A DNA stretch of 63,191 nucleotides, the filler included. It is 5 parts of 5 records of this genome, joined end to end, with 100 filler letters (N's around TTAATTAATTAA, not from the genome) between each part and the next. Parts side by side here need not be neighbours in the genome. Positions count along the whole stretch, not along the records: positions 1 to 7,334 come from SRR2962707_2556; positions 7,435 to 16,589 come from SRR2962707_2560; 3 more parts are not named here. The stretch is one strand, 5' to 3'. Position numbers and translations under genes: made by a program. Below are positions 1 to 9,843 of this stretch, piece after piece. The notes beneath the pieces were generated by a model. It had not been told where the DNA came from, did no database searches, and saw only the letters and a list, made by a program, of their open reading frames with translations. Numbering within the stretch: position 1 is the first letter of the stretch; each line of letters starts with the position of its first letter.

Positions 1-45
1 GTCCTGACCGGGTTGGCGAGCGGTCCGTCCACGGCCAGCCTCTCG
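1..45 (-). ncRNA. ffs: Signal recognition particle (4.5S) RNA, 5' portion; truncated by window start
   Basis: Reverse complement reads GAGAGGCTGGCCGTGGACGGACCGCTCGCCAACCCGGTCAGGAC, matching the alphaproteobacterial SRP RNA 5' arm up to the conserved GTCAGG motif. CTTG...GATATA promoter-like sequence lies upstream. Confidence 0.85.
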
Positions 46-234
46 CCCCCTATATCGCGCAAGGTGCGATAAAACGCAAGCCTTGGGTGGGAATTTTTCA
101 ATCATCGCGCAATCGTGGCTTTTGGCATCGCTTGATGCGCGTTAATGTCTTGGCCCGCCACCACAGAAAAACCCGGCTTCTCAGTGGGTTGATATCGCCC
201 CAAGCCGGGAATGAATTTAAGGAAGCGCACCACC

Positions 235-1161
235 ATGAACAGGCAGTTCTTTGAGGCCATCGACCTTGACCGCGATGCTTTGCTGCGGAAGACCGAAAAT
301 TGGCAACAGATTCTGTTGCGTGAAGAGTCGTTGCGCATCCTTATCTGTTATGCGGGTGACCCGCTTTTTGCCTGGCCCGAAGATATCGATGCCCATGAAT
401 TGGTGGTGATGGGCGCACCGGCGTTGCCCCATCTGGACGTTGATTTGAATGGCGGGCACTGGATTTATCTTGGCCGTGATGCGAAGGGGCCGGTGATTGC
501 AGTTGATATCGAACCTGTTGTTTCGGATCGGGATGCCGCGGTTCGTCGGCTGGGCGGCGGGTTTGGTGATATGCGCAACCGCATGGCCGCCCTTTCAAGC
601 GACGAAGCGGCCTTGGCCGCGCAGGCACGCGCAATTTTTAACTGGCATCGCGGGCATCAATTTTGCGGGGCGTGCGGGCATGCCAATAAAATCGTCGAAG
701 CCGGGTATCGATTGCAATGCACCAACCCCGCGTGCGGCAAGTCCCATTTCCCGCGCACGGATCCGGCCGTGATCATGTTGATCCATCATCAGGATCATGT
801 GTTGCTGGCAAGATCGCCGCAATTCCTGCCCGGAACGGTGTCGGTTCTTGCCGGTTTTGTTGAACCGGGGGAAACGTTGGAGCAGGCCGTCGCCCGCGAA
901 GTTTATGAAGAGGTCGGGGTTAAAATTAAACGGGCGCAATATGTCGCGTCACAACCTTGGCCGTTCCCCGGATCGCTTATGTTGGGCTTTATTGCAGAAG
1001 CCGAAACCACCGAACTTTTCCCCGATGAAGAAGAAATTGAATATGCCATGTGGGTGCATCGTGATGAGGTCGCGGGCCTGCCGGAAAAGGGCATAAATCT
1101 TCCGCGGCCGATTTCAATTGCACGCTTCCTTCTGGAAAATTGGTGCGCGGGCCGCATATAA
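235..1161 (+). CDS. nudC: NAD(+) diphosphatase NudC
   Basis: Zn-finger FCGACG...CTNPACG, FPRTDPAVI, Nudix box GFVEPGETLEQAVAREVYEEVG, SQPWPFPGS signature. Confidence 0.95.
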   Translation: MNRQFFEAIDLDRDALLRKTENWQQILLREESLRILICYAGDPLFAWPEDIDAHELVVMGAPALPHLDVDLNGGHWIYLGRDAKGPVIAVDIEPVVSDRDAAVRRLGGGFGDMRNRMAALSSDEAALAAQARAIFNWHRGHQFCGACGHANKIVEAGYRLQCTNPACGKSHFPRTDPAVIMLIHHQDHVLLARSPQFLPGTVSVLAGFVEPGETLEQAVAREVYEEVGVKIKRAQYVASQPWPFPGSLMLGFIAEAETTELFPDEEEIEYAMWVHRDEVAGLPEKGINLPRPISIARFLLENWCAGRI

Positions 1162-1257
1162 GAAAGTAAAGGTCGATTTGAAAGCGCTGGTTTCGTTGCG
1201 GGGCTGGTGTGTCTTCAGATTTTCTTTGGTGGTGGAACTGCAGGAACATACCTATTG

Positions 1258-2055
1258 ATGACGGATCGTTCAGGTCGAAATGTTTTTGTGAAGGTTTGGG
1301 CATTTTGCGCGGTTATGTTGGTGTTTGGAACGACACCGGCAAAGGCGCAGGACCCTGTGACCATTAAAGTCGGGGCTTACGAATATGGTGTTGTCTATTA
1401 TTTTGAAGATGGCAAACAACACGGCATCGTACCGATACTGATCAATCTTCTGAACGACTTACAGGACGACTACAGGTTTGAACTTGCCGAAACATCTTCG
1501 CGACGCAGATATCGGGCTTTGTCGAGTGGCGAAATTGATCTTGTGTTACTCGAAAGTTCGCAATGGGAATGGCAGGAACTTGATGTCAGTTTCTCAGACC
1601 GGATTGTCACCGAGCGTGATGTTTATCTGACGTCTTCGAGCCGGCTTGATGCGCCATCATTATTTGCCGACGTGACCGCACACAGGATACTTTGTGTGCT
1701 TGGTTTCCATTACGGATTTGCCGAATTCAACGCCAACCCGCAATATCTGCGCGATAACTTTGATGTCTTGCTGCGCTACAACGAAAAAGACGTTTTGCAT
1801 GGTGTGCTGACAGATGAAGCCCCAATCGGAATCGTTTCAGCCGGATTCCTTGCCCGGCAATTTGTTGCCGATTCAAGGATGCGGGACCGGGTTGTTATCG
1901 CCGATGAGCCCGATGGGGTATATGATCTGGTTTCAGTACTATCGAACAATTCAGCCATTTCACTTGAACGGTTCAATCAGTTGATTGCCCAATTGCATGA
2001 AAATGGAGAAATTGACCGTCTGTGGCAGCAACTACATATCGGTTTGTCAGATTAA
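1258..2055 (+). CDS. Periplasmic substrate-binding protein, family 3 (PAAT-like)
   Basis: Signal peptide ending AKA-Q; 'GIVPILINLLN', 'RRYRALSSGEIDL' and 'QLHENGEIDRLW' are typical of SBP_bac_3-like proteins; start approximate. Confidence 0.65.
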   Translation: MTDRSGRNVFVKVWAFCAVMLVFGTTPAKAQDPVTIKVGAYEYGVVYYFEDGKQHGIVPILINLLNDLQDDYRFELAETSSRRRYRALSSGEIDLVLLESSQWEWQELDVSFSDRIVTERDVYLTSSSRLDAPSLFADVTAHRILCVLGFHYGFAEFNANPQYLRDNFDVLLRYNEKDVLHGVLTDEAPIGIVSAGFLARQFVADSRMRDRVVIADEPDGVYDLVSVLSNNSAISLERFNQLIAQLHENGEIDRLWQQLHIGLSD

Positions 2056-2095
2056 GGTTAAGGCCAACGCCAACGCCTTTCGAGGTGCCGGGGCT

Positions 2096-2464
2096 TTAAT
2101 CCAGTGGTGGTATGCGGGCAATGACGTTGCGGCGTAAGGTTTCCGGGCGTTCACGCCATGCAACAATGCCATTTTCGCTATCGGCATAGCGGACTGCAAG
2201 ATCGCAAAGGTCATCGATCATGCTTTGCGGGTCGACATTGCCGTAAACATATCCCCATTTTCCGGTACCACTCAGCGCAACCGAACAGCCCGATTTGCAA
2301 TTGGTCAGACATTCGGCGGGATGCAGATCAAAAGGCAAATCACGCTCATTACAGATTTCCTGCATACGATCAAAAAGCTGTTTGCCGTGGCGAGGATCGG
2401 TTTGGCCGTCGGCGGTGGACGCGGTGCAGGTAATGCAAATGTTCAGGCGAGACTTGGTGGTCAT
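2096..2464 (-). CDS. DUF1636 family putative metal-binding protein
   Basis: CITC, CLTNCKSGCSVAL, KWGYVYG, RIPP C-terminus. Confidence 0.85.
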   Translation of the reverse strand: MTTKSRLNICITCTASTADGQTDPRHGKQLFDRMQEICNERDLPFDLHPAECLTNCKSGCSVALSGTGKWGYVYGNVDPQSMIDDLCDLAVRYADSENGIVAWRERPETLRRNVIARIPPLD

Positions 2465-2525
2465 AAGGTCGATCTTTGTTTGCGAAGGTTGATAGGACAA
2501 CCATGATTGCGGGGTGCGCATCCAA

Positions 2526-3410
2526 TCAGCTTGCGACCTGTCGGGTCAAGGCATCATCGAGATTTTGACTGACATATTCCTGAATTTGGCTTGCCAGTTG
2601 GCGGGAAACCAGCGGATGGCTGTTTTCCGTCAGCATCAAGGCAACGCCGACGGCGGGTAAGGGCGGGAAGCCGTCATGGCTGTCTAGAATTTGAAATTCA
2701 TCGGTGACACTGGCCGCCGCCAAGGCCGCAACGCCCAGACCATCGCGCACCAGATGCAAAAGCGATGCGGCCTGACGGGTTGTGGCAAACAGGGTGAAAG
2801 GGCGATCGGATTTTGAAATTGCATCAATTGCCCATGCATGAAATTTGCAATCTTCGGCCGGTAGAACCAAGGGCAATGGATCAAGTTTATGCTGCTTGTG
2901 GATGGGGGATGTGACCCAAACGCCGGGTTCATGGCGGAGAAAATATCCTTCCTCGCCCATGGCAGAACGACTGACGAGCGAGATATCAAGCTCTCCTTGA
3001 TCCAACATACGTTGCAGCAAGATGGTCGGGTTTATCGAGATGAAAAATTTGGCGTCCGGGATGACCTTGCGGATGGCGCGCAGAACAACGGGCAGGATTT
3101 TATGCGCATAATCATCCGGGCAGCCAATGCGAATCGGGCGGGATGCATCCTGTGTGCGCAATTTGTACATTACTTCGTCTTGAAGCGATAAAATCCGCCG
3201 GGCATAGCCGACAAAGGTGATGCCATCATTGGTCAAAAGGACATTGCGACCGTCACGTTCAAACAGCTTGTTATCAACAAGCTCTTCGAGCCGTTTCATC
3301 TGCATTGAAAAGGCTGATGGTGTGCGACCAATACGGTCAGCAGCACGGTTGAAGCTGCCACATTCGGCAAAGGCGACGAAGCTTCGCAACAGATCGGAAT
3401 CCATGGGCAT
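2526..3410 (-). CDS. LysR family transcriptional regulator
   Basis: N-terminal HTH 'LRSFVAFAECGSFNRAADRIGRTPSAFSMQMKRLEE' plus substrate-binding domain. Confidence 0.95.
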   Translation of the reverse strand: MPMDSDLLRSFVAFAECGSFNRAADRIGRTPSAFSMQMKRLEELVDNKLFERDGRNVLLTNDGITFVGYARRILSLQDEVMYKLRTQDASRPIRIGCPDDYAHKILPVVLRAIRKVIPDAKFFISINPTILLQRMLDQGELDISLVSRSAMGEEGYFLRHEPGVWVTSPIHKQHKLDPLPLVLPAEDCKFHAWAIDAISKSDRPFTLFATTRQAASLLHLVRDGLGVAALAAASVTDEFQILDSHDGFPPLPAVGVALMLTENSHPLVSRQLASQIQEYVSQNLDDALTRQVAS

Positions 3411-3418
3411 CCCCTTTG

Positions 3419-3446
3419 ATCAGAAATCATGATCAATTATTTTGAA
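3419..3446. promoter_or_regulatory. Tandem LysR boxes (T-N11-A) between divergent LysR and GST genes
   Basis: ATCA-N7-TGAT (3419-3433) and ATCA-N7-TGAA (3432-3446) immediately upstream of the lysR start. Confidence 0.6.
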
Positions 3447-3563
3447 CAATGGGGTCAAAACTATTCGATTGTTTGAAAATCATCCAGCGGCAAATATCAG
3501 CCCTGGCCGGCCAATGCTTATAACGCCAACGCTTTTGATGCATATGCCACAAGGATACTGACG

Positions 3564-4172
3564 ATGATTTTGAACGACTATTTGCTTTCCGGGAACGGAT
3601 ATAAAATCCGTTTGCTGCTGTCGATGCTGGGTCAGCCGTTTGAATATGTCGAACGCGACATCATGAAAGGTGAAACCCGTACGCCGGAATATCTTGAAAA
3701 GGTCAACCCGAACGGCAAGATTCCGGCCCTTGTTCTTGATGATGGTCGGACCTTGGCCGAAAGCAACGCCATTTTGACCTATCTGGCCGAGGGGACGAAT
3801 TTCATCCCCCAGGACACCTATGAACGGGCCGAAATGATGGGTTGGCTTTTCTTTGAGCAGTATGATCATGAACCCAACGTGGCGGTTCTGATTTCCTGGC
3901 ACGAGATCAAGGGTCTGCCGGAACATGCCGATATTCTGGGACCAATGAAGCAGGCCGGCGCCAAGCGTGCGCTTGATTTGATGGAAAAACGTCTGTCGGG
4001 GCATAACTGGTTGGTGGGCGAGTCTTTGACCATCGCTGACATCTCGCTTTATGCCTATACGCATCGGGCAGAGTTGGGAAAAATCAGTCTGCAACACTAT
4101 CCCGGTATTCGTGCGTGGCTTGATCGGTTTGCGGCGCTTCCGGGCTATGTCCCGATCACGTGGACACCGTAA
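3564..4172 (+). CDS. Glutathione S-transferase family protein
   Basis: SGNGYKIRL, NPNGKIPAL, ESNAILTYLA, TIADISLYAYTH. Confidence 0.95.
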   Translation: MILNDYLLSGNGYKIRLLLSMLGQPFEYVERDIMKGETRTPEYLEKVNPNGKIPALVLDDGRTLAESNAILTYLAEGTNFIPQDTYERAEMMGWLFFEQYDHEPNVAVLISWHEIKGLPEHADILGPMKQAGAKRALDLMEKRLSGHNWLVGESLTIADISLYAYTHRAELGKISLQHYPGIRAWLDRFAALPGYVPITWTP

Positions 4173-4180
4173 TCAGAATT

Positions 4181-4294
4181 AAAAAAGCAGCCACCACAGG
4201 CAAAAACCCACCGTTCACATTGGGGATGGGGGAGGGCGAATTCCCGACCTGTGGTGGCTGAAAGACCCTTGTGCGACTAAGGGGAACACAAGGG
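4181..4294 (-). ncRNA. Candidate two-hairpin small RNA / extended terminator with C-rich loops
   Basis: 8-bp IR 4266-4273/4287-4294 and 13-bp IR 4188-4200/4248-4260, followed on the minus strand by U6; loops contain UUCCCCUU and CCCUCCCCCAUCCCC. Confidence 0.5.
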
Positions 4295-4309
4295 CAGCGG
4301 TTAAACCTA

Positions 4310-4978
4310 TCAAGCAGATTTCAAAACCTGTTCGGGCAATAAAGGATCGGTTTGGGACGCGGAACTTCGTGCTTTAAACCGTTGATAGGCGTCCAATACA
4401 TTTGGCGCATCGCCCAACATTTCCGGACCACCGGGCATGGCATTAAGGTAATGCAACATCGGCATGATCATCATGTCGGGGATGGTGAAACGTTCACCAA
4501 AAAGCCAGCCTTCATCATAAGCCGGGTTTAAAACCGACAAATCATGCCGGATCACGTCGGCCAGTTGGTTCATATGGATTGCAAAGCCCGGATCATGGCG
4601 TTGTTGAGAATCGGCAAAGACCATGGGAATGACGAATTTTCGAATGATGTTTTGATCAATCCGTGTCATGGCAAGGCTGATCCATTGGTTCATCCGGGCA
4701 ATATTTTTACCCGAGACCGGGCGCAGAAGGGGGCCGGGGAAACTGTCATCTATGTAGCGGCAAATAGCAGCGGTTTCATAGAGAGTGAAGGACCCATGCT
4801 TTAGGACCGGCACCTTGCCAAACGGATTGTGTTTCAGAACCGCTGATGTGGGGTCTTGTCCCGGGTTTTGCACATTCCGGCTGCTGAAATCAAAGCGGAT
4901 TTTCTTTTCGATACAGGCAATTCGAACGGTGCGCGTCAAGTTACTGCGCGGCATTCCGACAATGGTGACATCCGACAT
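4310..4978 (-). CDS. Glutathione S-transferase family protein
   Basis: NPFGKVPVL, YETAAICRYID, FTIPDMMIMP. Confidence 0.93.
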   Translation of the reverse strand: MSDVTIVGMPRSNLTRTVRIACIEKKIRFDFSSRNVQNPGQDPTSAVLKHNPFGKVPVLKHGSFTLYETAAICRYIDDSFPGPLLRPVSGKNIARMNQWISLAMTRIDQNIIRKFVIPMVFADSQQRHDPGFAIHMNQLADVIRHDLSVLNPAYDEGWLFGERFTIPDMMIMPMLHYLNAMPGGPEMLGDAPNVLDAYQRFKARSSASQTDPLLPEQVLKSA

Positions 4979-5074
4979 GGCGGGGTCCTTTGCTGCATGA
5001 CTTCCGATCCCAGTTTGCCTGCTCCGGTGTGGTGCAGGTTGGGCAATCGATCTGCAGCTAGGATTACGTGCGGC

Positions 5075-5098
5075 ATAATATGTTCAAGAACATATTAT
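5075..5098. promoter_or_regulatory. Perfect palindromic operator, probably bound by the adjacent TetR
   Basis: ATAATATGTTC-AA-GAACATATTAT between the divergent GST and TetR genes. Confidence 0.75.
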
Positions 5099-5156
5099 AA
5101 AGATGTGTCATATTTTCCGAAACGACAGTTCGAAACACCGCCTGGCGGAGTAGAAA

Positions 5157-5843
5157 ATGCCCTATAGCGCCGACCATAAAGCCAAAACCCGCATTCGCGT
5201 GATCAATGCCGCGACCGCCTTATTCAAGAATGAGGGGTATGAAAACATCACGATTGATCAGGTGATGGCCGCAGCGGGATTAACCCGCGGCGGGTTTTAT
5301 GCCCATTTCAAAAACAAGGAAGACTTGTTTGTTGCCTGTGTTGAAAATGGCATGTCGCTTTTGTCATCGCCGATTCTGGCGGAGCTGCGTAAGGCCGAGC
5401 GTGGCGGCAATGACTGGATAACGTCCTTTGCCGAACTTTATCTATCGCGCATTCATATCGAAAACCCCGATATGGGATGTGCCTTGCCGACCTTATCGAC
5501 GGAAGTGGCGCGGTCCGGGGATAAGGCACGGTTGGCCTTTTCCAAGCTGATCAATCAGGCAACCGAAAAGCTGGCATGGAAACTGGCGAAAGAAGACAAC
5601 ATTCCGGGCATTGATCGCCATATCAATGTTGATGGCGACCAAAAACCCCGCAACGTCCCGGCAGCATATGAACGGGACTCAACGGCGATGCTGGCAATGA
5701 TGGTCGGGGCGGTGGTGTTAAGCCGTGCGGTTGATGATGACACAGCGGACCGGATCCTTAAATCAACCCGCGACAGCATTCTGGATGGACGTGAAAAAGG
5801 ACCGGGCAATACCAACATCCCCGGGATCAAAAAGACCGGTTAA
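5157..5843 (+). CDS. TetR/AcrR family transcriptional regulator
   Basis: HTH 'ITIDQVMAAAGLTRGGFYAHFKNKEDL'; 'GCALPTLSTEVAR' C-domain. Confidence 0.95.
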   Translation: MPYSADHKAKTRIRVINAATALFKNEGYENITIDQVMAAAGLTRGGFYAHFKNKEDLFVACVENGMSLLSSPILAELRKAERGGNDWITSFAELYLSRIHIENPDMGCALPTLSTEVARSGDKARLAFSKLINQATEKLAWKLAKEDNIPGIDRHINVDGDQKPRNVPAAYERDSTAMLAMMVGAVVLSRAVDDDTADRILKSTRDSILDGREKGPGNTNIPGIKKTG

Positions 5844-6983
5844 TCAGTCAAAAAAGCCGCTTAAGACTTCGGCATAGATGCTGACAAGGTTTTCAATGTC
5901 ATCGACCATGGCATGTTCATCAACCTTGTGCATGCTTTGCCCGACAAGTCCGAATTCTGCGACTTCGGTATATTTCTGAATAAAGCGTGCATCGGACGTG
6001 CCGCCAGTGGTGCTCATTTCCGGGCGCTTGCCGGTTACTTTTTCCGAGGCATCGGCAATCAGGCGGGCGAGTTTTCCGGGCGTGGACAGGAATGCCTCGC
6101 CGGAAATTTTGACCTTAAGATCATGTGCGCCCGCGTGATCGGTACAGACATCTTCGATCCATTTTTTTAGATCCGCCCCGGTATGCTGATCGTTAAAGCG
6201 GATGTTAAAAGCGGCACTGACTTTGGCGGGAACGACGTTGGTTGCGGTGTTGCCGGCATCAATCGTGGTGACTTCGAGATTGCTGGGCTGGAAGTGATCC
6301 GTCCCATGATCAAGTTCGCAAGCGTTTAACACATCAAGCGTTTTGATCATGCGCGGGACCGGGTTATCGGCCAGATGGGGATAGGCGACATGGCCTTGTG
6401 CGCCATAGACTGTTAGCCAGCCAGTGATCGACCCGCGACGGCCGACTTTCATCATCTCGCCCAGATATTTCGGGTTGGTAGGTTCGCCGACCAAGCAACA
6501 ATCGAACTTCTCACCTTCCTGATCGCACCATTCGACCAGTTTGACCGTGCCATTGATTGCATCGGCTTCTTCATCGCCGGTAATCAGGAACGAAATGGAT
6601 TCGTCAAAATCCGGGTGTGCCGCCAAAAAGGCATCAACCCCCCCGACAAAGCAGGCAATGCCGGTTTTCATATCAACCGCGCCGCGGCCAAACAAACGAC
6701 CATCAATGACTTCGCCGCCAAATGGATCAACAGTCCATGCCGCACTGTCACCGGCCGGGACAACATCGGTATGGCCGGCAAAACAGAAATTGCGGCCTTT
6801 GGTCCCAAGGCGGGCATAAAGATTATCGATGGCGTCACTGTCATCGCCGTCAAAGACCTTGCGCTTACACTCAAATCCACGGGCTTCCAGTGCCTTTTGC
6901 AAGGCATCAAGCGCGCCTGCATCTGCTGGTGTGACAGACGGGCAACGGATCAGGGATTGGGCAAGTTCAAGGGCGGCAGACAT
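5844..6983 (-). CDS. dapE: Succinyl-diaminopimelate desuccinylase
   Basis: FAGHTDVVP, GRGAVDMK, GDEE, GEPT, GRRGS, GGTSDARF; downstream of dapD. Confidence 0.97.
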   Translation of the reverse strand: MSAALELAQSLIRCPSVTPADAGALDALQKALEARGFECKRKVFDGDDSDAIDNLYARLGTKGRNFCFAGHTDVVPAGDSAAWTVDPFGGEVIDGRLFGRGAVDMKTGIACFVGGVDAFLAAHPDFDESISFLITGDEEADAINGTVKLVEWCDQEGEKFDCCLVGEPTNPKYLGEMMKVGRRGSITGWLTVYGAQGHVAYPHLADNPVPRMIKTLDVLNACELDHGTDHFQPSNLEVTTIDAGNTATNVVPAKVSAAFNIRFNDQHTGADLKKWIEDVCTDHAGAHDLKVKISGEAFLSTPGKLARLIADASEKVTGKRPEMSTTGGTSDARFIQKYTEVAEFGLVGQSMHKVDEHAMVDDIENLVSIYAEVLSGFFD

Positions 6984-7045
6984 CGGCAATCTCTTGTTTG
7001 GTTGGCGGATGGGCACGGTGCCCTTCTGCACAAAGAATGTATGGA

Positions 7046-7078
7046 AAAGGGCAAAACAGCCATGCCGTTTTGCCCTTT
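7046..7078 (-). terminator. Hairpin after dapD
   Basis: 12-bp IR AAAGGGCAAAAC / GTTTTGCCCTTT. Confidence 0.55.
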
Positions 7079-7108
7079 ATAAATCAGGATCAGCTTTGGT
7101 GACAGAAA

Positions 7109-7334
7109 TCAGTCACGCAGCAGTTCATTGATCGAGGTTTTCGAACGGGTACGTTCATCAACACGTTTGATGATAACCGCGCAATACAGGCTTGGCCCCG
7201 GCGTTCCATCCGGAAGCGGTTTGCCCGGAATGCTGCCCGGAACGACAACCGAATATGCCGGAACGCGACCGATAAAGGTCTCGCCGGTGGTGCGGTCAAT
7301 GATCTTGGTCGATGCGCCAATGAAGACACCCATC
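7109..7334 (-). CDS. dapD: Tetrahydrodipicolinate N-succinyltransferase, C-terminal fragment (5' end cut by spacer)
   Basis: [10 protein letters not shown]...[13 protein letters not shown]...[27 protein letters not shown]. Confidence 0.95.
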
Positions 7335-7434
7335 NNNNNNNNNNNNNNNNNNNNNNNNNNNNNNNNNNNNNNNNNNNNTTAATTAATTAANNNNNNNNNN
7401 NNNNNNNNNNNNNNNNNNNNNNNNNNNNNNNNNN
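7335..7434. other. Artificial contig spacer
   Basis: N-run + TTAATTAATTAA + N-run, 100 nt. Confidence 0.99.
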
Positions 7435-7615
7435 AGTGTTCATTATCCGGGTGTGTGAAGGCCGCATAGCATATCAAAAACTGACCCGCCTTGTATGTTT
7501 TTCCACTCCGCAGTGTCACGGATGGCGCTGTATCAGGGCATGTCCGGAGAGGCGGGGAAGGGGGTAGATCTGCTATCATGCGCACCTTTCCAGTTTTTAC
7601 AGAGATTCTACCGCC

Positions 7616-8470
7616 ATGCACAAGCCAGCTAAGCCCCTGGAGGGCCCTGACACCTACAACGACCAGATCCGGATTGTCCTGGTTGAGACGTCCCATTCCG
7701 GTAACATCGGTGCGGTCGCCAGGGCCATGAAAAACATGGGGCTGGGAAACCTGTGGCTGGTAAATCCTGTGTCTTTTCCCGATGAGGCCTCCTACGCCCG
7801 TGCAGCGGGCGCTTCCGATATTCTCGACAAGGCCACGGTTGTTGCGACTCTGGACGAAGCCATTGCCGATTGTGTGTGCGTTATGGGTACCAGCGCGAGA
7901 GGGCGAAAGGTCCCCTGGCCGGTTATCGCTCCACCAGACGCAGCGGCCAAGGCTTCGCAGCAGTCAGAAGCGGGGCAGGTGGCGCTGGTCTTTGGGCGTG
8001 AGAACCATGGGCTGAGCAATGAAGAGTTGCAGCGTTGTCATTTCCACATTCATATCCCGTCAAATCCCGATTACAGTTCCCTGAATCTGGCCATGGCGGT
8101 TCAGGTAATGTGCTATGAATTGCGTATGCATTATCTAAAAGGCCTTGAAGGTGGCGACGGCAGCCCATATCTCAAGCCTATGATGGTGCCCGGCGATGAA
8201 GGTTGGGATGTGCCGCCCGCGCCTGTCCGCGATGTTGAGGGTTTTTTCAGTCATCTTGAACAGGTGCTTGTGGATGTCGACTTTCACCGCCGGGACAATC
8301 CCCGTCAGTTGATGACGCGGCTGCGGCGGCTGTTCCAGCGTGCCGGGCTGGATCAGATGGAGATCAATATTCTTCGGGGAATACTGACTGCCGTACAGAA
8401 ATCGGCTGGTGCTGCGGATACCGCAAAAAATACGTCAAAGGCTGGTTCAACGGCCGGTGAACAGGAATAG
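7616..8470 (+). CDS. trmJ: tRNA (cytidine32/uridine32-2'-O)-methyltransferase TrmJ
   Basis: [51 protein letters not shown]; synteny with cysE-iscR. Confidence 0.95.
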   Translation: MHKPAKPLEGPDTYNDQIRIVLVETSHSGNIGAVARAMKNMGLGNLWLVNPVSFPDEASYARAAGASDILDKATVVATLDEAIADCVCVMGTSARGRKVPWPVIAPPDAAAKASQQSEAGQVALVFGRENHGLSNEELQRCHFHIHIPSNPDYSSLNLAMAVQVMCYELRMHYLKGLEGGDGSPYLKPMMVPGDEGWDVPPAPVRDVEGFFSHLEQVLVDVDFHRRDNPRQLMTRLRRLFQRAGLDQMEINILRGILTAVQKSAGAADTAKNTSKAGSTAGEQE

Positions 8471-8474
8471 GGTT

Positions 8475-9248
8475 ATGTTTGAACGTCTAAGGGAAGATGT
8501 GAACAGCGTGTTTCATCGTGATCCCGCCGCTCGCAATACTTTCGAAGTGCTGACCAATTACCCGGGTTTGCACGCGCTCCTGTGCCACCGGTTCTCCCAT
8601 TGGCTTTGGGGTCTTGGCCTGAAGTGGATTGCACGAACGTTTTCTTCGATCGCCCGTTGGCTGACTGGCATCGAAATTCATCCAGGTGCCACGATCGGGC
8701 GGCGTTTCTTTATCGATCACGGCATGGGTGTTGTCATTGGTGAGACCACGGTGATCGGTGACGACGTCACGCTTTATCAGGGCGTTACCCTGGGAGGGAC
8801 CAGTTGGAACAAGGGTAAGCGCCATCCGACGCTGGGTGACGGTGTTGTGGTGGGTGCCGGTGCCAAGATCCTCGGGCCGTTTACGGTGGGCGAGGGCGCC
8901 AAGATTGGCTCCAACTCCGTGGTGACCAAAGAGGTTCCGCCTGGCGCGACGGTTGTCGGTATTCCTGGTCGGGTTGTGGTGAAGCGCAAAGGGGAAGATG
9001 ACGCCCGGCGCAAGGAAATGGAAGAACGCATGGGCTTCGATGCCTATGGTGTGACCGAGGAAATGCCGGACCCGGTAGCCCGGGCCATGCGCAGCCTGCT
9101 GGATCATATGCATGCTGTGGATGACCGCATTGAGAATATGTGCAAAGCGCTTCGCAAGGTGAACAGTGAATACCAGAACGGCGAGTTGCCGCCGCTGCAG
9201 GAGGAGGATTTTGACTGCGTGCGGGACGACGAGCCGTCGCAACGGTGA
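8475..9248 (+). CDS. cysE: Serine O-acetyltransferase
   Basis: [39 protein letters not shown] hexapeptide repeats. Confidence 0.97.
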   Translation: MFERLREDVNSVFHRDPAARNTFEVLTNYPGLHALLCHRFSHWLWGLGLKWIARTFSSIARWLTGIEIHPGATIGRRFFIDHGMGVVIGETTVIGDDVTLYQGVTLGGTSWNKGKRHPTLGDGVVVGAGAKILGPFTVGEGAKIGSNSVVTKEVPPGATVVGIPGRVVVKRKGEDDARRKEMEERMGFDAYGVTEEMPDPVARAMRSLLDHMHAVDDRIENMCKALRKVNSEYQNGELPPLQEEDFDCVRDDEPSQR

Positions 9249-9281
9249 ATACTTGACTGTTTTGGTAGGTCAATTCATACT
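9249..9281 (+). promoter_or_regulatory. IscR type-1 operator overlapping the sigma70 promoter of iscR
   Basis: ATACTTGACTGTTTTGGTAGGTCAA matches ATASYYGACTRWWWYAGTCRRSTAT at 20/25 by manual count; TTGACT-17 nt-CATACT. Confidence 0.8.
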
Positions 9282-9325
9282 CGGCGTTGTTAAAGCCGAA
9301 TCAATCCCTGACCGGGGCTGACGTT

Positions 9326-9823
9326 ATGAGACTGACCACCAAAGGCCGCTATGCGGTGACGGCAATGCTGGATCTCGCCCTTCATGGGGATCAGGGGCCG
9401 GTGAGTCTGGCTGACATATCTGCCCGGCAGGAGATTTCCCTCTCGTATCTCGAGCAGTTATTTTCCCGCCTTCGCCGTCACAAACTGGTGACGAGTATCC
9501 GGGGCCCTGGCGGTGGTTATCGCCTGAGCCGTGAGGCAGACTCCGTCTTTATTGCGGAAGTTGTCGACGCGGTCAGCGAATCCCTGGATACCACCCGTTG
9601 CGGCAACAAGGGTGATTGCCAGAATGGCGAGAAATGCCTGACCCACCACCTGTGGTCTGATCTCAGTGATCAGATTCATCAGTTCCTCAGTGATATCAGT
9701 CTTGGGGACCTGATGCGCAAACGGGAGATTCAGGTGGTTGCCGATCGGCAGAACAGGCGCCATTCAGACGGCGACTCACAGACGATTAACACCGAGCGCC
9801 TTACGGATCAGGCGCCGGCCTGA
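9326..9823 (+). CDS. iscR: Fe-S cluster assembly transcription factor IscR
   Basis: [29 protein letters not shown]-x5-C-x5-C-x2-H ligands. Confidence 0.97.
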   Translation: MRLTTKGRYAVTAMLDLALHGDQGPVSLADISARQEISLSYLEQLFSRLRRHKLVTSIRGPGGGYRLSREADSVFIAEVVDAVSESLDTTRCGNKGDCQNGEKCLTHHLWSDLSDQIHQFLSDISLGDLMRKREIQVVADRQNRRHSDGDSQTINTERLTDQAPA

Positions 9824-9843
9824 ACGACTATCCTGAAACTTCT

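Noticed and set aside
2465-2525. Cobalamin riboswitch upstream of DUF1636 (also checked upstream of B12-dependent ecm)
   Set aside because: Only about 60 nt are available here, and no B12-box or GGGAA core is visible at either site.
5595-5830. Repeated NIPGI peptide in the TetR C-terminus
   Set aside because: Five residues with divergent codons; too short to support a duplication.
7379-7390. Recurring TTAATTAATTAA motif as a biological repeat
   Set aside because: Always embedded in N-runs of fixed length; it is an artificial linker.
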